64,000 nucleotides of DNA, from the IMG/VR virus record IMGVR_UViG_3300034110_000188, positions 2,955 through 66,954 of that record. One strand, 5' to 3'. Below, one piece after another: positions 17,719 through 27,729 of the stretch. This DNA is from a virus. Under the pieces are notes generated by a model that saw only the letters and a list, made by a program, of their open reading frames with translations, was not told the origin of the DNA and made no database searches. Made by a program: the position numbers and the translations under genes. The number at the start of each line of letters is the position of its first letter. Within the stretch, counting starts at the first letter, position 1.

Positions 17719-19938
17719 ATGGCACTATACGAAATAGCACCGAACTACGTAGATAAAGTTTCTAAAGCCAATAAGAACAGAGGTAAGAAATGGAACTACG
17801 GCTACAACGAAGAACTTGACTTAATTGTAATTTCTAAGGACGGCACAATAGGTGATGTTTACTATATCAATGGACTTTACATTGCTCTGCCTGCTACTCC
17901 AGATAAAGTTGAGGACTACGGCAACAAATGGAAAGCTACATCAATACCACAAGAACTTTCACGTATCAAGACTATATTTGATTGGAATAGAAAGGACAAC
18001 CCATTCAAGATGAAGTATGTTGACTACATCGAAAAGGAGTTTGATAAACGTGAGAACGGGCATTGGTTCGTTAACAAAGGTAAAAAAACATACATCACTG
18101 GAAGTCACTACATGTACCTAAACTGGTCTAAGATCGACGTTGGGTTACCCGACTTCCGTGAGTCAAATAGAATTTATTTTATCTACTGGGAGGCGTGCAA
18201 GGCTGACAACAGATGCTTTGGCATGATCTACCTTAAGAATAGACGTTCAGGATTTTCATTCATGTCAGCTTCCGAGACATCTAACCTAGGAACTATTTCT
18301 AAGGATGCTCGACTTGGTATATGTTCCAAGACAGGTAGTGACGCGAAGAAGATGTTTACGGATAAGGTTGTTCCAATTGTAAAGAACTACCCATTCTTCT
18401 TCAAGCCAGTGCAGGACGGTATGGATAATCCAAAGACAGAGCTAGCGTTTAGGCTTCCTGCATCTAGGATTACAAAGAAGAACATGTACGAAGAGTCTGA
18501 TGTTGATGAGATTGAAGGACTAGACACAACAATTGACTGGAAAAACACAGACGATAATGCCTATGATGGTGAGAAACTTCTGTTCTTAGTTGAGGATGAG
18601 GCTGCCAAGCTAGAGCGACCAAACAATATTTTAAATGGATGGCGTGTACGTAAAACATGTTTACGTTTAGGTTCACGTATCACAGGTAAATGCATGATGG
18701 GTTCTACCGCAAATGCATTACTAAAAGGAGGGCAAAATTACAAAGATTTATATTATGATTCAGATCCTAAGAAAAGGAACAAGAATGGTCAAACAAAGAG
18801 TGGACTATACTCTTTATTCATCCCGATGGACTACAACTTTGAGGGATATATTGATGAATTCGGGCATGCTGTAATAAACGATCCTAAAGAGCCTGTTAAA
18901 GGAGTTGACGGTGAATTTATAAAAACGGGAGTTGTTTCGTATTGGAACAACGAGGTTGACTCACTTAAGTCAGATCCTGACGCGTTAAACGAATGGTACA
19001 GACAGTTCCCTAGAACTGAGTCGCATGCATTTAGAGATGAATCAAAGTCAAGTATATTTAACTTAACAAAAATATACCAACAAGTAGACTACAACGAATC
19101 TTTAATCAGAGACAGAGTAGTTGTGCGCGGTTCGTTTCATTGGCGCGATGGTAAGCCAGATAGCGAGGTTATATGGACTCCAGATATTCGCGGAAGGTTC
19201 GCTGTAACTTGGATGCCAGAGAAAGCAATGCAAAACAATGTAATTAAACGTAACGGAGGATTCTTCCCTGGCAACGAGCACATTGGTGCGTTCGGATGTG
19301 ACCCCTACGATATATCTGGTACAGTTGATGGACGCGCGTCAAACGGAGCGCTGCACGGTAAGACTGGGTTTACTATTGACAACGCGCCAAGTAACTTCTT
19401 TTTCTTAGAGTACATTGCTCGTCCACAGACAGCTGAGATATTCTTTGAGGAAGTGCTCATGGCTTGTGTATTCTACGGGATGCCAATTCTAATTGAGAAC
19501 AACAAGCAACGTTTGCTGTACCACTTCAAGAACAGAGGGTACAGAAATTTCTCGATTAATCGTCCAGATAAAAAGATTCACGCGCTATCTAAAACTGAGA
19601 AAGAATTAGGAGGTATACCAAACAGTTCCGAAGACGTTAAGCAAGCTCACGCGAGTGGTATTGAGACTTACATTGAGAAGTATGTTGGTATAGATGCAGA
19701 GGGCACGTACCGTGATCCAGAGGAAATGGGACAGATGTACTTCGCGCGTACTTTAGAGGACTGGGCGAGGTTTGATATTAACAACAGAACCAAACACGAT
19801 GCTTCGATTAGTAGTGGTCTAGCAATTATGGCTACAAACAGGCATGCATTTGTGTCAAAAGCAGAGAAACCAAAACTAACTATTAGGTTTCCAAGATATG
19901 ACAATACAGGCACAACGAGTAAAATTGTCAGAAATTAA
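17719..19938 (+). CDS. terL: terminase large subunit
   Basis: LKNRRSGFS Walker A, LVEDEAAK Walker B, GSTAN, nuclease motifs FGCDPYD, IENNK, HDAS; start moved to ATG 17719. Confidence 0.92.
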   Translation: MALYEIAPNYVDKVSKANKNRGKKWNYGYNEELDLIVISKDGTIGDVYYINGLYIALPATPDKVEDYGNKWKATSIPQELSRIKTIFDWNRKDNPFKMKYVDYIEKEFDKRENGHWFVNKGKKTYITGSHYMYLNWSKIDVGLPDFRESNRIYFIYWEACKADNRCFGMIYLKNRRSGFSFMSASETSNLGTISKDARLGICSKTGSDAKKMFTDKVVPIVKNYPFFFKPVQDGMDNPKTELAFRLPASRITKKNMYEESDVDEIEGLDTTIDWKNTDDNAYDGEKLLFLVEDEAAKLERPNNILNGWRVRKTCLRLGSRITGKCMMGSTANALLKGGQNYKDLYYDSDPKKRNKNGQTKSGLYSLFIPMDYNFEGYIDEFGHAVINDPKEPVKGVDGEFIKTGVVSYWNNEVDSLKSDPDALNEWYRQFPRTESHAFRDESKSSIFNLTKIYQQVDYNESLIRDRVVVRGSFHWRDGKPDSEVIWTPDIRGRFAVTWMPEKAMQNNVIKRNGGFFPGNEHIGAFGCDPYDISGTVDGRASNGALHGKTGFTIDNAPSNFFFLEYIARPQTAEIFFEEVLMACVFYGMPILIENNKQRLLYHFKNRGYRNFSINRPDKKIHALSKTEKELGGIPNSSEDVKQAHASGIETYIEKYVGIDAEGTYRDPEEMGQMYFARTLEDWARFDINNRTKHDASISSGLAIMATNRHAFVSKAEKPKLTIRFPRYDNTGTTSKIVRN

Positions 19939-19969
19939 TCGTAATTTTGAAAATTGAAAGATTAAGTAA

Positions 19970-22384
19970 ATGAGTATAGAGGTAAAGATTCCGTATCAAG
20001 CGTTCCCATCCGAGCTTGTCCCTGATGTTCAGAAAGAAACGATGGAGTATGGTAGACAAGTTGGTAACGCAATTTCTTACGAATGGTTCGATAGAAGAGG
20101 CGGAAGTGCTAGATTTTACGACCAATGGGCAGAATTCCATAAAAGGAGATTATACGCTCGTGCAGAACAACCTATATCTAAGTATAAAAACGAGATGTCA
20201 ACGGATGGCGACTTATCTCACTTAAACTTGGACTTTACTCCAGTACCGATCATACCTAAGTTTGTAGATATCGTTGTTAACGGAATGAGAGACAGAGAGA
20301 TGTCGATCAAAGCGTTTTCACAAGACATTATGTCCGCAGAAAAGAGAAACGAGTTTCAAGATATGATTGAGGCTGACATGATCGCTAAAGATTTCTTGAA
20401 CCAAACAAAAGAACAGTTCGGTATTGACGCGTTTAATGTTGACCCTGAAAAGTTACCAGAGGACGACGATGAGTTATCTTTATACATGCAGTTGAATTAC
20501 AAGCCTGCTATCGAGATTGCTGAAGAAGTTGCTATTGATACTATTATGCTTGAGAATAAGTATGATGAAATCAGAGACAGAATAAACTACGACATCACTG
20601 TACTAGGAATTGGTATTGGTAAGCATGAGTTTTTAAAGGGAGATGGCGTAAGATTACGTTACGTTGACCCAGCTAACGTTGTTTACAGTTACACTGAAGA
20701 TCCTTACTTTGAAGATTGTTTCTACTGGGGTGAAGTTAAGATGGTTCATATCAATGAGTTACTTAAAATCAATCCAGATTTAACAGATAAAGAACTAGAA
20801 GAAATACGTAGCATGTCTGCTGCTTGGTCGGAGAACTATCCTTCTATGCGTAGATATGATGTATTCCAAAAAGATATTATTACATTACTTTACTTTAACT
20901 ACAAAACAACTAAAGATTTTGTATATAAGAAAAAGAAAATGTCAACAGGTGGAGAGAAGGTGATCAAAAAAGATTCATCATTCAATCCTGAGCCAAACGA
21001 AAACTTTGAGAAAATCGGAGTAAAGAAAGACGTTTGGTACGAGGGTATCATGATTATGGGTACTCAAAAAATGATTAAGTGGGAAATGGCTAAGAACATG
21101 GTAAGAGAAAAGTCTTCCATGCAACATGCTTACCCAAACTATGTGTCATGTGCTCCTAGAATGTACAAAGGTGTTATCGAGTCTTTAGTTAGACGTATGA
21201 TTCCTTTTGCTGATCAGATTCAGATGACTCACTTGAAGTTACAGCAAGTTAAGTCGCGTATTGTTCCTGACGGTATATTTATTGATGCTGATGGTATTAA
21301 TGAAGTAGACTTAGGTACAGGAGCTGCTTATACTCCAGAGGATGCATTAAGACTATACTTCCAAACGGGGTCGGTTATTGGACGTAGCTTCACGCAAGAT
21401 GGAGAATTTAACAACGCTAGAATTCCAATTCAGCAGTTAAACACAAGCTCTTCTTACGAGAAGATGCAGTCTCTTGTTGCTGACTACAACCATAACTTGA
21501 ATATGTTACGTGACGTAACTGGACTTAACGAAGCTAGAGATGGATCAACTCCAGATCCTGATGCGTTAGTTGGATTACAGAAACTTGCTGCACTTAACAG
21601 TAACGTAGCTACACGTCACATACTAGACGCTAGCATGTACATTACTAAGACGATGGCTGAGTGCACATCGTTACGTATATCTGATATTCTTCAGTACTCT
21701 GACATGGCAGAAGATTTCGCAATGAAAATTGGGAAGTACAACATGAAGATACTTGACGAGATTAAAGACTTATACTTATACAACTTTGGTATCTTTATTG
21801 AGCTATCTCCAGATGAAGAGCAAAAAGCTATGCTTGAGCAAAACATTCAGATGTCGCTTCAAACAGGATCTATTGATTTAGAAGATGCTATCGATATTCG
21901 AACTGTTAGAAACGTGAAGTTAGCTAACGAGATGTTAAAGGTTAAGCGTAAGAAACGTCAGAAAGATAAGCAAGAGCGCGAGGATGTTCAAATGCAAATG
22001 CAAGGACAACTTAACCAAGAGTCTCAAGCTATGGCTGCTGAAGCTAAGATGCAGGCTATTCAAGCTGAGGCACAAGCTAAAATTGCTGTTAGACAAACTG
22101 AGTCTGACTTGGCTATCAAGCAACTTCAAGTTGAGGCTGCTCTTAAATCTCAGTTGATGGATAAAGAATTCCAAATCAACATGGAGTTAAGAGGCATGGA
22201 AGCTGACACTATTTTACAGAAAACAGATAAAGCTGAGAGAGCCAAGGACGAAAGAGTATTGAAGCAGGCTTCAGCTCAGTCTAAACTAATTGATCAGCGT
22301 AAAAATAATTTACCTCCAGTTGACTTCGAAAGTAGCCTAGATGACTTGGGTGATTTCGATATGGAGTCTTACGAACCAAAATAA
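19970..22384 (+). CDS. portal protein
   Basis: 804 aa after terL; PIIPKFVDIVVNG, RDVTGLNEARDG, Gln-rich C-terminal coiled coil. Confidence 0.85.
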   Translation: MSIEVKIPYQAFPSELVPDVQKETMEYGRQVGNAISYEWFDRRGGSARFYDQWAEFHKRRLYARAEQPISKYKNEMSTDGDLSHLNLDFTPVPIIPKFVDIVVNGMRDREMSIKAFSQDIMSAEKRNEFQDMIEADMIAKDFLNQTKEQFGIDAFNVDPEKLPEDDDELSLYMQLNYKPAIEIAEEVAIDTIMLENKYDEIRDRINYDITVLGIGIGKHEFLKGDGVRLRYVDPANVVYSYTEDPYFEDCFYWGEVKMVHINELLKINPDLTDKELEEIRSMSAAWSENYPSMRRYDVFQKDIITLLYFNYKTTKDFVYKKKKMSTGGEKVIKKDSSFNPEPNENFEKIGVKKDVWYEGIMIMGTQKMIKWEMAKNMVREKSSMQHAYPNYVSCAPRMYKGVIESLVRRMIPFADQIQMTHLKLQQVKSRIVPDGIFIDADGINEVDLGTGAAYTPEDALRLYFQTGSVIGRSFTQDGEFNNARIPIQQLNTSSSYEKMQSLVADYNHNLNMLRDVTGLNEARDGSTPDPDALVGLQKLAALNSNVATRHILDASMYITKTMAECTSLRISDILQYSDMAEDFAMKIGKYNMKILDEIKDLYLYNFGIFIELSPDEEQKAMLEQNIQMSLQTGSIDLEDAIDIRTVRNVKLANEMLKVKRKKRQKDKQEREDVQMQMQGQLNQESQAMAAEAKMQAIQAEAQAKIAVRQTESDLAIKQLQVEAALKSQLMDKEFQINMELRGMEADTILQKTDKAERAKDERVLKQASAQSKLIDQRKNNLPPVDFESSLDDLGDFDMESYEPK

Positions 22385-22390
22385 CTAGAT

Positions 22391-22693
22391 ATGATTAAGA
22401 AATCAGAGATGAAGTGCAACACGCCAAAGAGAACTTCTGGGCATCCTACTAAGTCACATGTTGTTAAGGCATGTGAGAATGGTAAAGAAAAAATCATTCG
22501 ATTTGGACAGCAAGGCGTAAGTGGGAGCCCTAAAAAGGAAGGTGAGTCTGAAGCTGCTAAAAACAGAAGAGCGTCGTTCAAAGCGCGTCACGCAAAGAAT
22601 ATTGCAAAAGGCAAAATGAGCGGAAGTTATTGGAGTAACCGCGTAAAGTGGAGCATAGTGTTTTTTATATCAAATGGGTATTTGTTGGTATAA
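22391..22693 (+). CDS. small basic conserved phage protein
   Basis: KIIRFGQQG...RRASFKARH...YWSNRVKW motif. Confidence 0.7.
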   Translation: MIKKSEMKCNTPKRTSGHPTKSHVVKACENGKEKIIRFGQQGVSGSPKKEGESEAAKNRRASFKARHAKNIAKGKMSGSYWSNRVKWSIVFFISNGYLLV

Positions 22694-22746
22694 TGCACTG
22701 AAATAAAAATTAATAAAAATTACTAATTTTGTAAAAATTAAATCAA

Positions 22747-23835
22747 ATGAGTGAATTCAAAGTAAGACTTGTAGAAGATGCTGAACAAAAGCCACTACAA
22801 GTAAGAGAAGCTGAGTTATTAGCTGCGGCAGGTGAAGATGTTATCGTTCCTGAAGTAGTAGAAGAAGTTAAGCTAGATGAAGAAGAAAAAATCATTGATC
22901 CAATCGATATTGAGATTGATGAAGAAAAAGTAAAGTCGTTCTTTGAAAAGAAATACGGAAAGCAAGTTGAGTCTTTTGACGACTTATTTCAAGAGCCAAA
23001 GGTAATTGAAAAAGAGTTAGATGAAGACGTAGCTGCATTTCAGAAATATAAAAAGGAGACAGGAAGAGGATTGGATGACTTTATGAAGTTAAACAAGGAC
23101 TACGCTTCCATGGATCCAGACCAGGTTCTTTTAGATTGGTATTCAAACGAGAATCCAGAGTTGACTCGTCAAGAGTTAATGGAAGAGATTAATGATAAGT
23201 TTGGATATGATGAATATGCAGACGAAGCTGACATCTCTAAGAAAGAACGGGCAAAGAAAAAAGAGCTTGCTAAAGCTACCAAAGAACTTAATGCTTTGAA
23301 GGAACAGTACAAAGCCCCTCTTGAGTCAAGAGGACTTGATGTTCCACAAGAAGAGAAGAGTGCTTGGGAAGAATTTAGAAAAGCTAAAGAAACTTCGACG
23401 AAGCAAGGCGAAGAACAGCAACAGAAAGCTCAGTACTTTCAGCAAAAAACAGATGAGTTATTCTCTTCAGATTTCGAAGGTTTCGGATTTAAAACTGAAG
23501 ATGGTAACAAGATTGTTTACAAGCCGAAGGAGACAGGAGAAATTAAGGTTGAACAGTCAAGCGTACTAAACTTTATTAATAAGTTTTTGGATGCAGACGG
23601 TAAACTTAAAGACGCTGAAGCTTATCATCGCTCAATTGCCGTAGCATTAGACCCAGACAAATTTTTTAAATTTGCGTATGACCAGGGTAAAGCAGACAAT
23701 GCCAAAGAACTAGAGGCTAGTTCTAAAAACATTGACATGTCTCGCAATACACCTCAGATTGTGCAGAACGGAGGGTTTAGTATTAAGGCTGTTGACGCAG
23801 AACGAGGAAACAGGTTAATTATTAAGAAAAGCTAA
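22747..23835 (+). CDS. capsid scaffold protein
   Basis: Acidic coiled-coil ORF between portal and MCP. Confidence 0.7.
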   Translation: MSEFKVRLVEDAEQKPLQVREAELLAAAGEDVIVPEVVEEVKLDEEEKIIDPIDIEIDEEKVKSFFEKKYGKQVESFDDLFQEPKVIEKELDEDVAAFQKYKKETGRGLDDFMKLNKDYASMDPDQVLLDWYSNENPELTRQELMEEINDKFGYDEYADEADISKKERAKKKELAKATKELNALKEQYKAPLESRGLDVPQEEKSAWEEFRKAKETSTKQGEEQQQKAQYFQQKTDELFSSDFEGFGFKTEDGNKIVYKPKETGEIKVEQSSVLNFINKFLDADGKLKDAEAYHRSIAVALDPDKFFKFAYDQGKADNAKELEASSKNIDMSRNTPQIVQNGGFSIKAVDAERGNRLIIKKS

Positions 23836-23847
23836 AATTAAGAAAAC

Positions 23848-25239
23848 ATGGCTGGTACATTACAAGCTGGTGGGGTATTTTTACAACCATCTGCATCAAA
23901 GGCAACATTGCCTACAAATTACATTACTGACTTCGACTTTTTGAATCAGTACTTACCTGATACTTACGAAAAAGAATTCGAAAAGTACGGTAACCGCTCA
24001 ATTAACTCTTTCTTACGTCAAGTAAGTGCTGAGTTACCATCTACATCAGATTTGATCAAATGGGAAGAGCAAGGACGTTTACACACTAAGTATGTATCTG
24101 TTACAACTGCTGCGGTAGCTGGAGCTGACACTGCTACTTGGACTGTTGCTGACGCTGGTATTACAGCTTGTAACTTCCGAGTTGGACAAACTGTATTCTT
24201 ATCAGCTAACGCTGGTACTGCATCTGACAAAGCTATCATTACAGCTGTATCAGGATTGACATTTACTGTAGCTTACTATGCTGCTGGAGGTCAAACTATC
24301 GCTGCTGCTGCTACGTCAACTGCATTCGTTTACGGTTCTGAGTTCAAAAAAGGTTCAAACGGAATGAACGGGTCTTTAGAGGCTGATCCATCAATTCGTG
24401 AGGTATCTCCAATCATCATCAAAGATAAGTATGAAGTATCAGGTTCTGATATGGCACAAATCGGATGGGTTGAGGTAACTACAGAAAATGGTGCATCTGG
24501 ATTCTTGTGGTATTTGAAGTCTGAGCACGAAACTCGTTTACGTTACGATGATTACTTAGAGATGGCAATGATTGAAGGTGTTCCTGCTGAGACAGGTTCA
24601 GGTGCAATCGCTGTAGCTGGTGACGCTGGTAACAAAGGTACTGAAGGTTTGTTCGAAGCGATCAATACTAAAGGTAACGTTTGGTCTGGTGGTAATCCAA
24701 CTGCATTGACTGACTGGGATACAATCATCCAACGTTTGGACAAACAAGGTTCAATCCAAGAGAATGTATTGTTCGTTAACCGTCAGTTCTCTTTTGACAT
24801 CGACGATATGTTAGCTGCTCAAAACTCTTATGGTGTAAACGGTACTTCTTACGGTTTATTCGATAACGATGAGAACATGGCATTGAACTTAGGATTCAAA
24901 GGATTCAAACGTGGATACGAATTCTACAAAACTGACTGGAAATACTTAAACGACGCTACATTGCGTGGTGGTATCACAGGTGGTGCTGTAAATGGTGTAT
25001 TAGTTCCTGCTGGAACAATGACCGTTTATGATCAAGTATTAGGTCAAAACGCTAAACGTCCGTTCTTACACGTTCGTTACCGTGCTTCTGAAACAGAAAA
25101 CCGTCGTTACAAAACTTGGATGACAGGTTCAGCTGGTGGTGCACAAACTAGTGATTTGGATGCAATGCAAGTTAACTTCTTGTCAGAGCGTGCTCTTTGT
25201 ACAATGGGTGCTAATAACTTCGTTATTTTCAACGCATAA
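23848..25239 (+). CDS. major capsid protein
   Basis: 463 aa; strong codon bias; follows scaffold; terminator downstream; QYLPDTYEKEFEKYGNR motif recalled from Bacteroidetes phage MCPs. Confidence 0.85.
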   Translation: MAGTLQAGGVFLQPSASKATLPTNYITDFDFLNQYLPDTYEKEFEKYGNRSINSFLRQVSAELPSTSDLIKWEEQGRLHTKYVSVTTAAVAGADTATWTVADAGITACNFRVGQTVFLSANAGTASDKAIITAVSGLTFTVAYYAAGGQTIAAAATSTAFVYGSEFKKGSNGMNGSLEADPSIREVSPIIIKDKYEVSGSDMAQIGWVEVTTENGASGFLWYLKSEHETRLRYDDYLEMAMIEGVPAETGSGAIAVAGDAGNKGTEGLFEAINTKGNVWSGGNPTALTDWDTIIQRLDKQGSIQENVLFVNRQFSFDIDDMLAAQNSYGVNGTSYGLFDNDENMALNLGFKGFKRGYEFYKTDWKYLNDATLRGGITGGAVNGVLVPAGTMTVYDQVLGQNAKRPFLHVRYRASETENRRYKTWMTGSAGGAQTSDLDAMQVNFLSERALCTMGANNFVIFNA

Positions 25240-25249
25240 TATAAAAACT

Positions 25250-25279
25250 AGAGAGGGGCTTAAGTGTCCCTCTCTTTTT
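25250..25279 (+). terminator. intrinsic terminator after MCP
   Basis: AGAGAGGGGC...GTCCCTCTCT plus T-run. Confidence 0.8.
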
Positions 25280-25301
25280 ATTTAATTTTAAATTATATCA
25301 A

Positions 25302-26039
25302 ATGAAAACAAATAAGTCAGAGACAATCTATGTCTTAAAAGGTGATGCAAAGCCAATGAGCTTTATCTTAGCATCAAGAGATACAACAAGAACGCGTTTA
25401 ATCGCACAAGACGAAAAAGGTAAATACCGAGCTATTCGTTACGCAAGAAATCATGAGTCACCATTCGTTGATGAGCAAGAGGGAGAGGTTATCCTTGAGC
25501 CAATTGAATTCAAAGATGGTGTATTAATCGTACAAGAATTCGAGATTGGTTTAAAAAGATTTATGGACGTTCACCCAGCAAATGGAGAGAAGTTCATGGA
25601 GTTAAACCACGAGAAAATTGCTGAAGAAGAAGTTGATATGTTGAAGGTTGCTACAGACGCACTAGTTAAAACAAGAGATAGCGATATCAATGTTTTAGAA
25701 TCAGTTGCTCGTGTATTGATTGGAGATAAAGTTGACAACATGACAAGCAACGAGATTCGTCGTGACATGATGAAATATGCACAACGTGACCCGATGTCAG
25801 TATTGGACTTATTCGATGACCCATCTTTAGAAAAACAAAACTTAGCTCGTAGAGCAATTTCTGCTGGTTGGTTATCATTAAGAAACGGTGGTAAAGAAAT
25901 TTACAACAACTTCCCTGAGAACAGAAAACGATTAATGGTCGTTCCTATGGATATGGATGCTTACACTGCTTTAGAGTCATACCTTGAATCAAATGAAGGA
26001 AAAGACCTTTATGTTCAGTTGACTAAAGTGTTAGAATAA
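25302..26039 (+). CDS. conserved hypothetical (post-capsid) protein
   Basis: 245 aa; IRYARNHESPFVDEQ. Confidence 0.7.
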   Translation: MKTNKSETIYVLKGDAKPMSFILASRDTTRTRLIAQDEKGKYRAIRYARNHESPFVDEQEGEVILEPIEFKDGVLIVQEFEIGLKRFMDVHPANGEKFMELNHEKIAEEEVDMLKVATDALVKTRDSDINVLESVARVLIGDKVDNMTSNEIRRDMMKYAQRDPMSVLDLFDDPSLEKQNLARRAISAGWLSLRNGGKEIYNNFPENRKRLMVVPMDMDAYTALESYLESNEGKDLYVQLTKVLE

Positions 26040-26059
26040 CATATTTTTATATAACTTTG

Positions 26060-26091
26060 AAAGCCCGTGATTTAGTTCATGGGCTTTTTTT
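26060..26091 (+). terminator. intrinsic terminator, followed by promoter TATCTTTG (26105-26112)
   Basis: AAAGCCCGTGA...TCATGGGCTTT plus T-run. Confidence 0.75.
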
Positions 26092-26116
26092 ACTTTTTTT
26101 GTTTTATCTTTGTATT

Positions 26117-26812
26117 ATGATTAATAGTGTAAGAAATACTGTACTTGACATAATCAATAAGGACAACAATGGATATGTAACTCCAGATGAGTTCAATAAT
26201 TATGCAATTCAAGCGCAACGTGATATATTCGAAGAGTACTTCACTAGCTATGCAATGGCTGTTCAAAAGACGAATGCTAGAATTTATGGAAGTGAGTACG
26301 CTGACATTAAGAAAAGAATTGAAGGTGTAATTGATATATTTAACGTTCCTGCCGAACCATTGGTGTACGATCCACTGACGCTTACATTTCCTAAGCCAGC
26401 TGACTTATTTAAGATGGAGCGTTTAACATACAACGGAAACGTTGAGATTGAGAAGGTTACGCACGGAAAGATTCTATATTTACTTGGATCTCCACTAACA
26501 TCTCCGTCTGTTTTATATCCATCTTACACGCTAAGTGCTAACAACTTAACCGTTTATCCATCAACTATTACTACGTTAGTTACAGCAAATTACTTACGAT
26601 ACCCTGTTGATCCAAAGTGGACATACATAATGGTAAATGACGCTCCATTCTTTGATAGTAATGCGAATGACTACCAGGACTTTGAGTTACCTAAAAGTGA
26701 TGAGATGAACTTAATTACAAGAATACTGCAACTAGCTGGCGTTTCAATTAGAGAAAATGAAGTAGTTCAAATGGCTAAGTCAGAAGAAATACAAGATAAG
26801 CAAGAACAATAA
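26117..26812 (+). CDS. head-tail adaptor/ring protein
   Basis: MINSVRNTVL..NKDNNGYVTPDEFN; start moved to ATG 26117. Confidence 0.6.
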   Translation: MINSVRNTVLDIINKDNNGYVTPDEFNNYAIQAQRDIFEEYFTSYAMAVQKTNARIYGSEYADIKKRIEGVIDIFNVPAEPLVYDPLTLTFPKPADLFKMERLTYNGNVEIEKVTHGKILYLLGSPLTSPSVLYPSYTLSANNLTVYPSTITTLVTANYLRYPVDPKWTYIMVNDAPFFDSNANDYQDFELPKSDEMNLITRILQLAGVSIRENEVVQMAKSEEIQDKQEQ

Positions 26813-27729
26813 TGGGATATATAACAGATTTTCAGTACTACCAGAATGGAGGTAACATTCCTACCAATGCAAATTGGGGTTCGTATCAATACGTATCACT
26901 AAAGGATATAGTTACAAATTTTGAGTTGATGTATGTTGGTAACGATAAGCTTATTAACAACGTTGATAGATATAACATTTTGTTTCATGCAAAGAGAGCT
27001 ATCCAAGAGCTGAACTACGATGCGTTACGTAACGTAAAGGTTCTTGAGCTTACAATCAATGATACGCTTCAGATGATTCTTCCTCCTGACTATGTGAACT
27101 ATGTTCGTATTAGTTTTGAGAAAGATGGAGTTCTGTTTCCTATGATTGAAAACAAACAGACAAACTACGCTAACTCGTACTTGCAGGATAATAACCTTGA
27201 TATTGTATTTGATATTGCTGGTAACGTTATCGAGACTGCTTCTCAGTTAGACATGGATAGATTGCTAGGTCAAACTCAAAGAATTTACCTTGGCGACGGA
27301 AAGTATAACGGTCAGTACGGTTGGTTTGTTGATGGGGATTGGTATTTCTCTCGCCAAGTAGGTGGAAGATTTGGAGCTGATCCTGAGACATCTAACGGAA
27401 ACGTTACATTCAGAATAGACAATAAAAGTGGAGTTATTAACTTCAGTTCACAAATACCAGATGAAAACGTAGTTCTTGAGTACATATCTGACGGTATGGA
27501 AAATGGAGACGATGGAGAGATTTCTATAAATAAATTAGCTGAAGACGCTGTTTATTCGTACATGAAGTGGGCAATACTTGATAACAAGTTTGGTGTTCAG
27601 GAGTACGTTGTAAGTAGAGCGCGTAAAGAAAAGACAGCTAAGTTGCGTAATGCTAAGATTCGTCTGAGCAATTTACATCCATCGCGTTTATTGATGGTAT
27701 TAAGAAATCAATCTAAATGGATTAAATAA
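26812..27729 (+). CDS. tail structural (ring/adaptor) protein
   Basis: FHAKRAIQELNYD, LPPDYVNYVRIS; genomic position. Confidence 0.6.
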   Translation: MGYITDFQYYQNGGNIPTNANWGSYQYVSLKDIVTNFELMYVGNDKLINNVDRYNILFHAKRAIQELNYDALRNVKVLELTINDTLQMILPPDYVNYVRISFEKDGVLFPMIENKQTNYANSYLQDNNLDIVFDIAGNVIETASQLDMDRLLGQTQRIYLGDGKYNGQYGWFVDGDWYFSRQVGGRFGADPETSNGNVTFRIDNKSGVINFSSQIPDENVVLEYISDGMENGDDGEISINKLAEDAVYSYMKWAILDNKFGVQEYVVSRARKEKTAKLRNAKIRLSNLHPSRLLMVLRNQSKWIK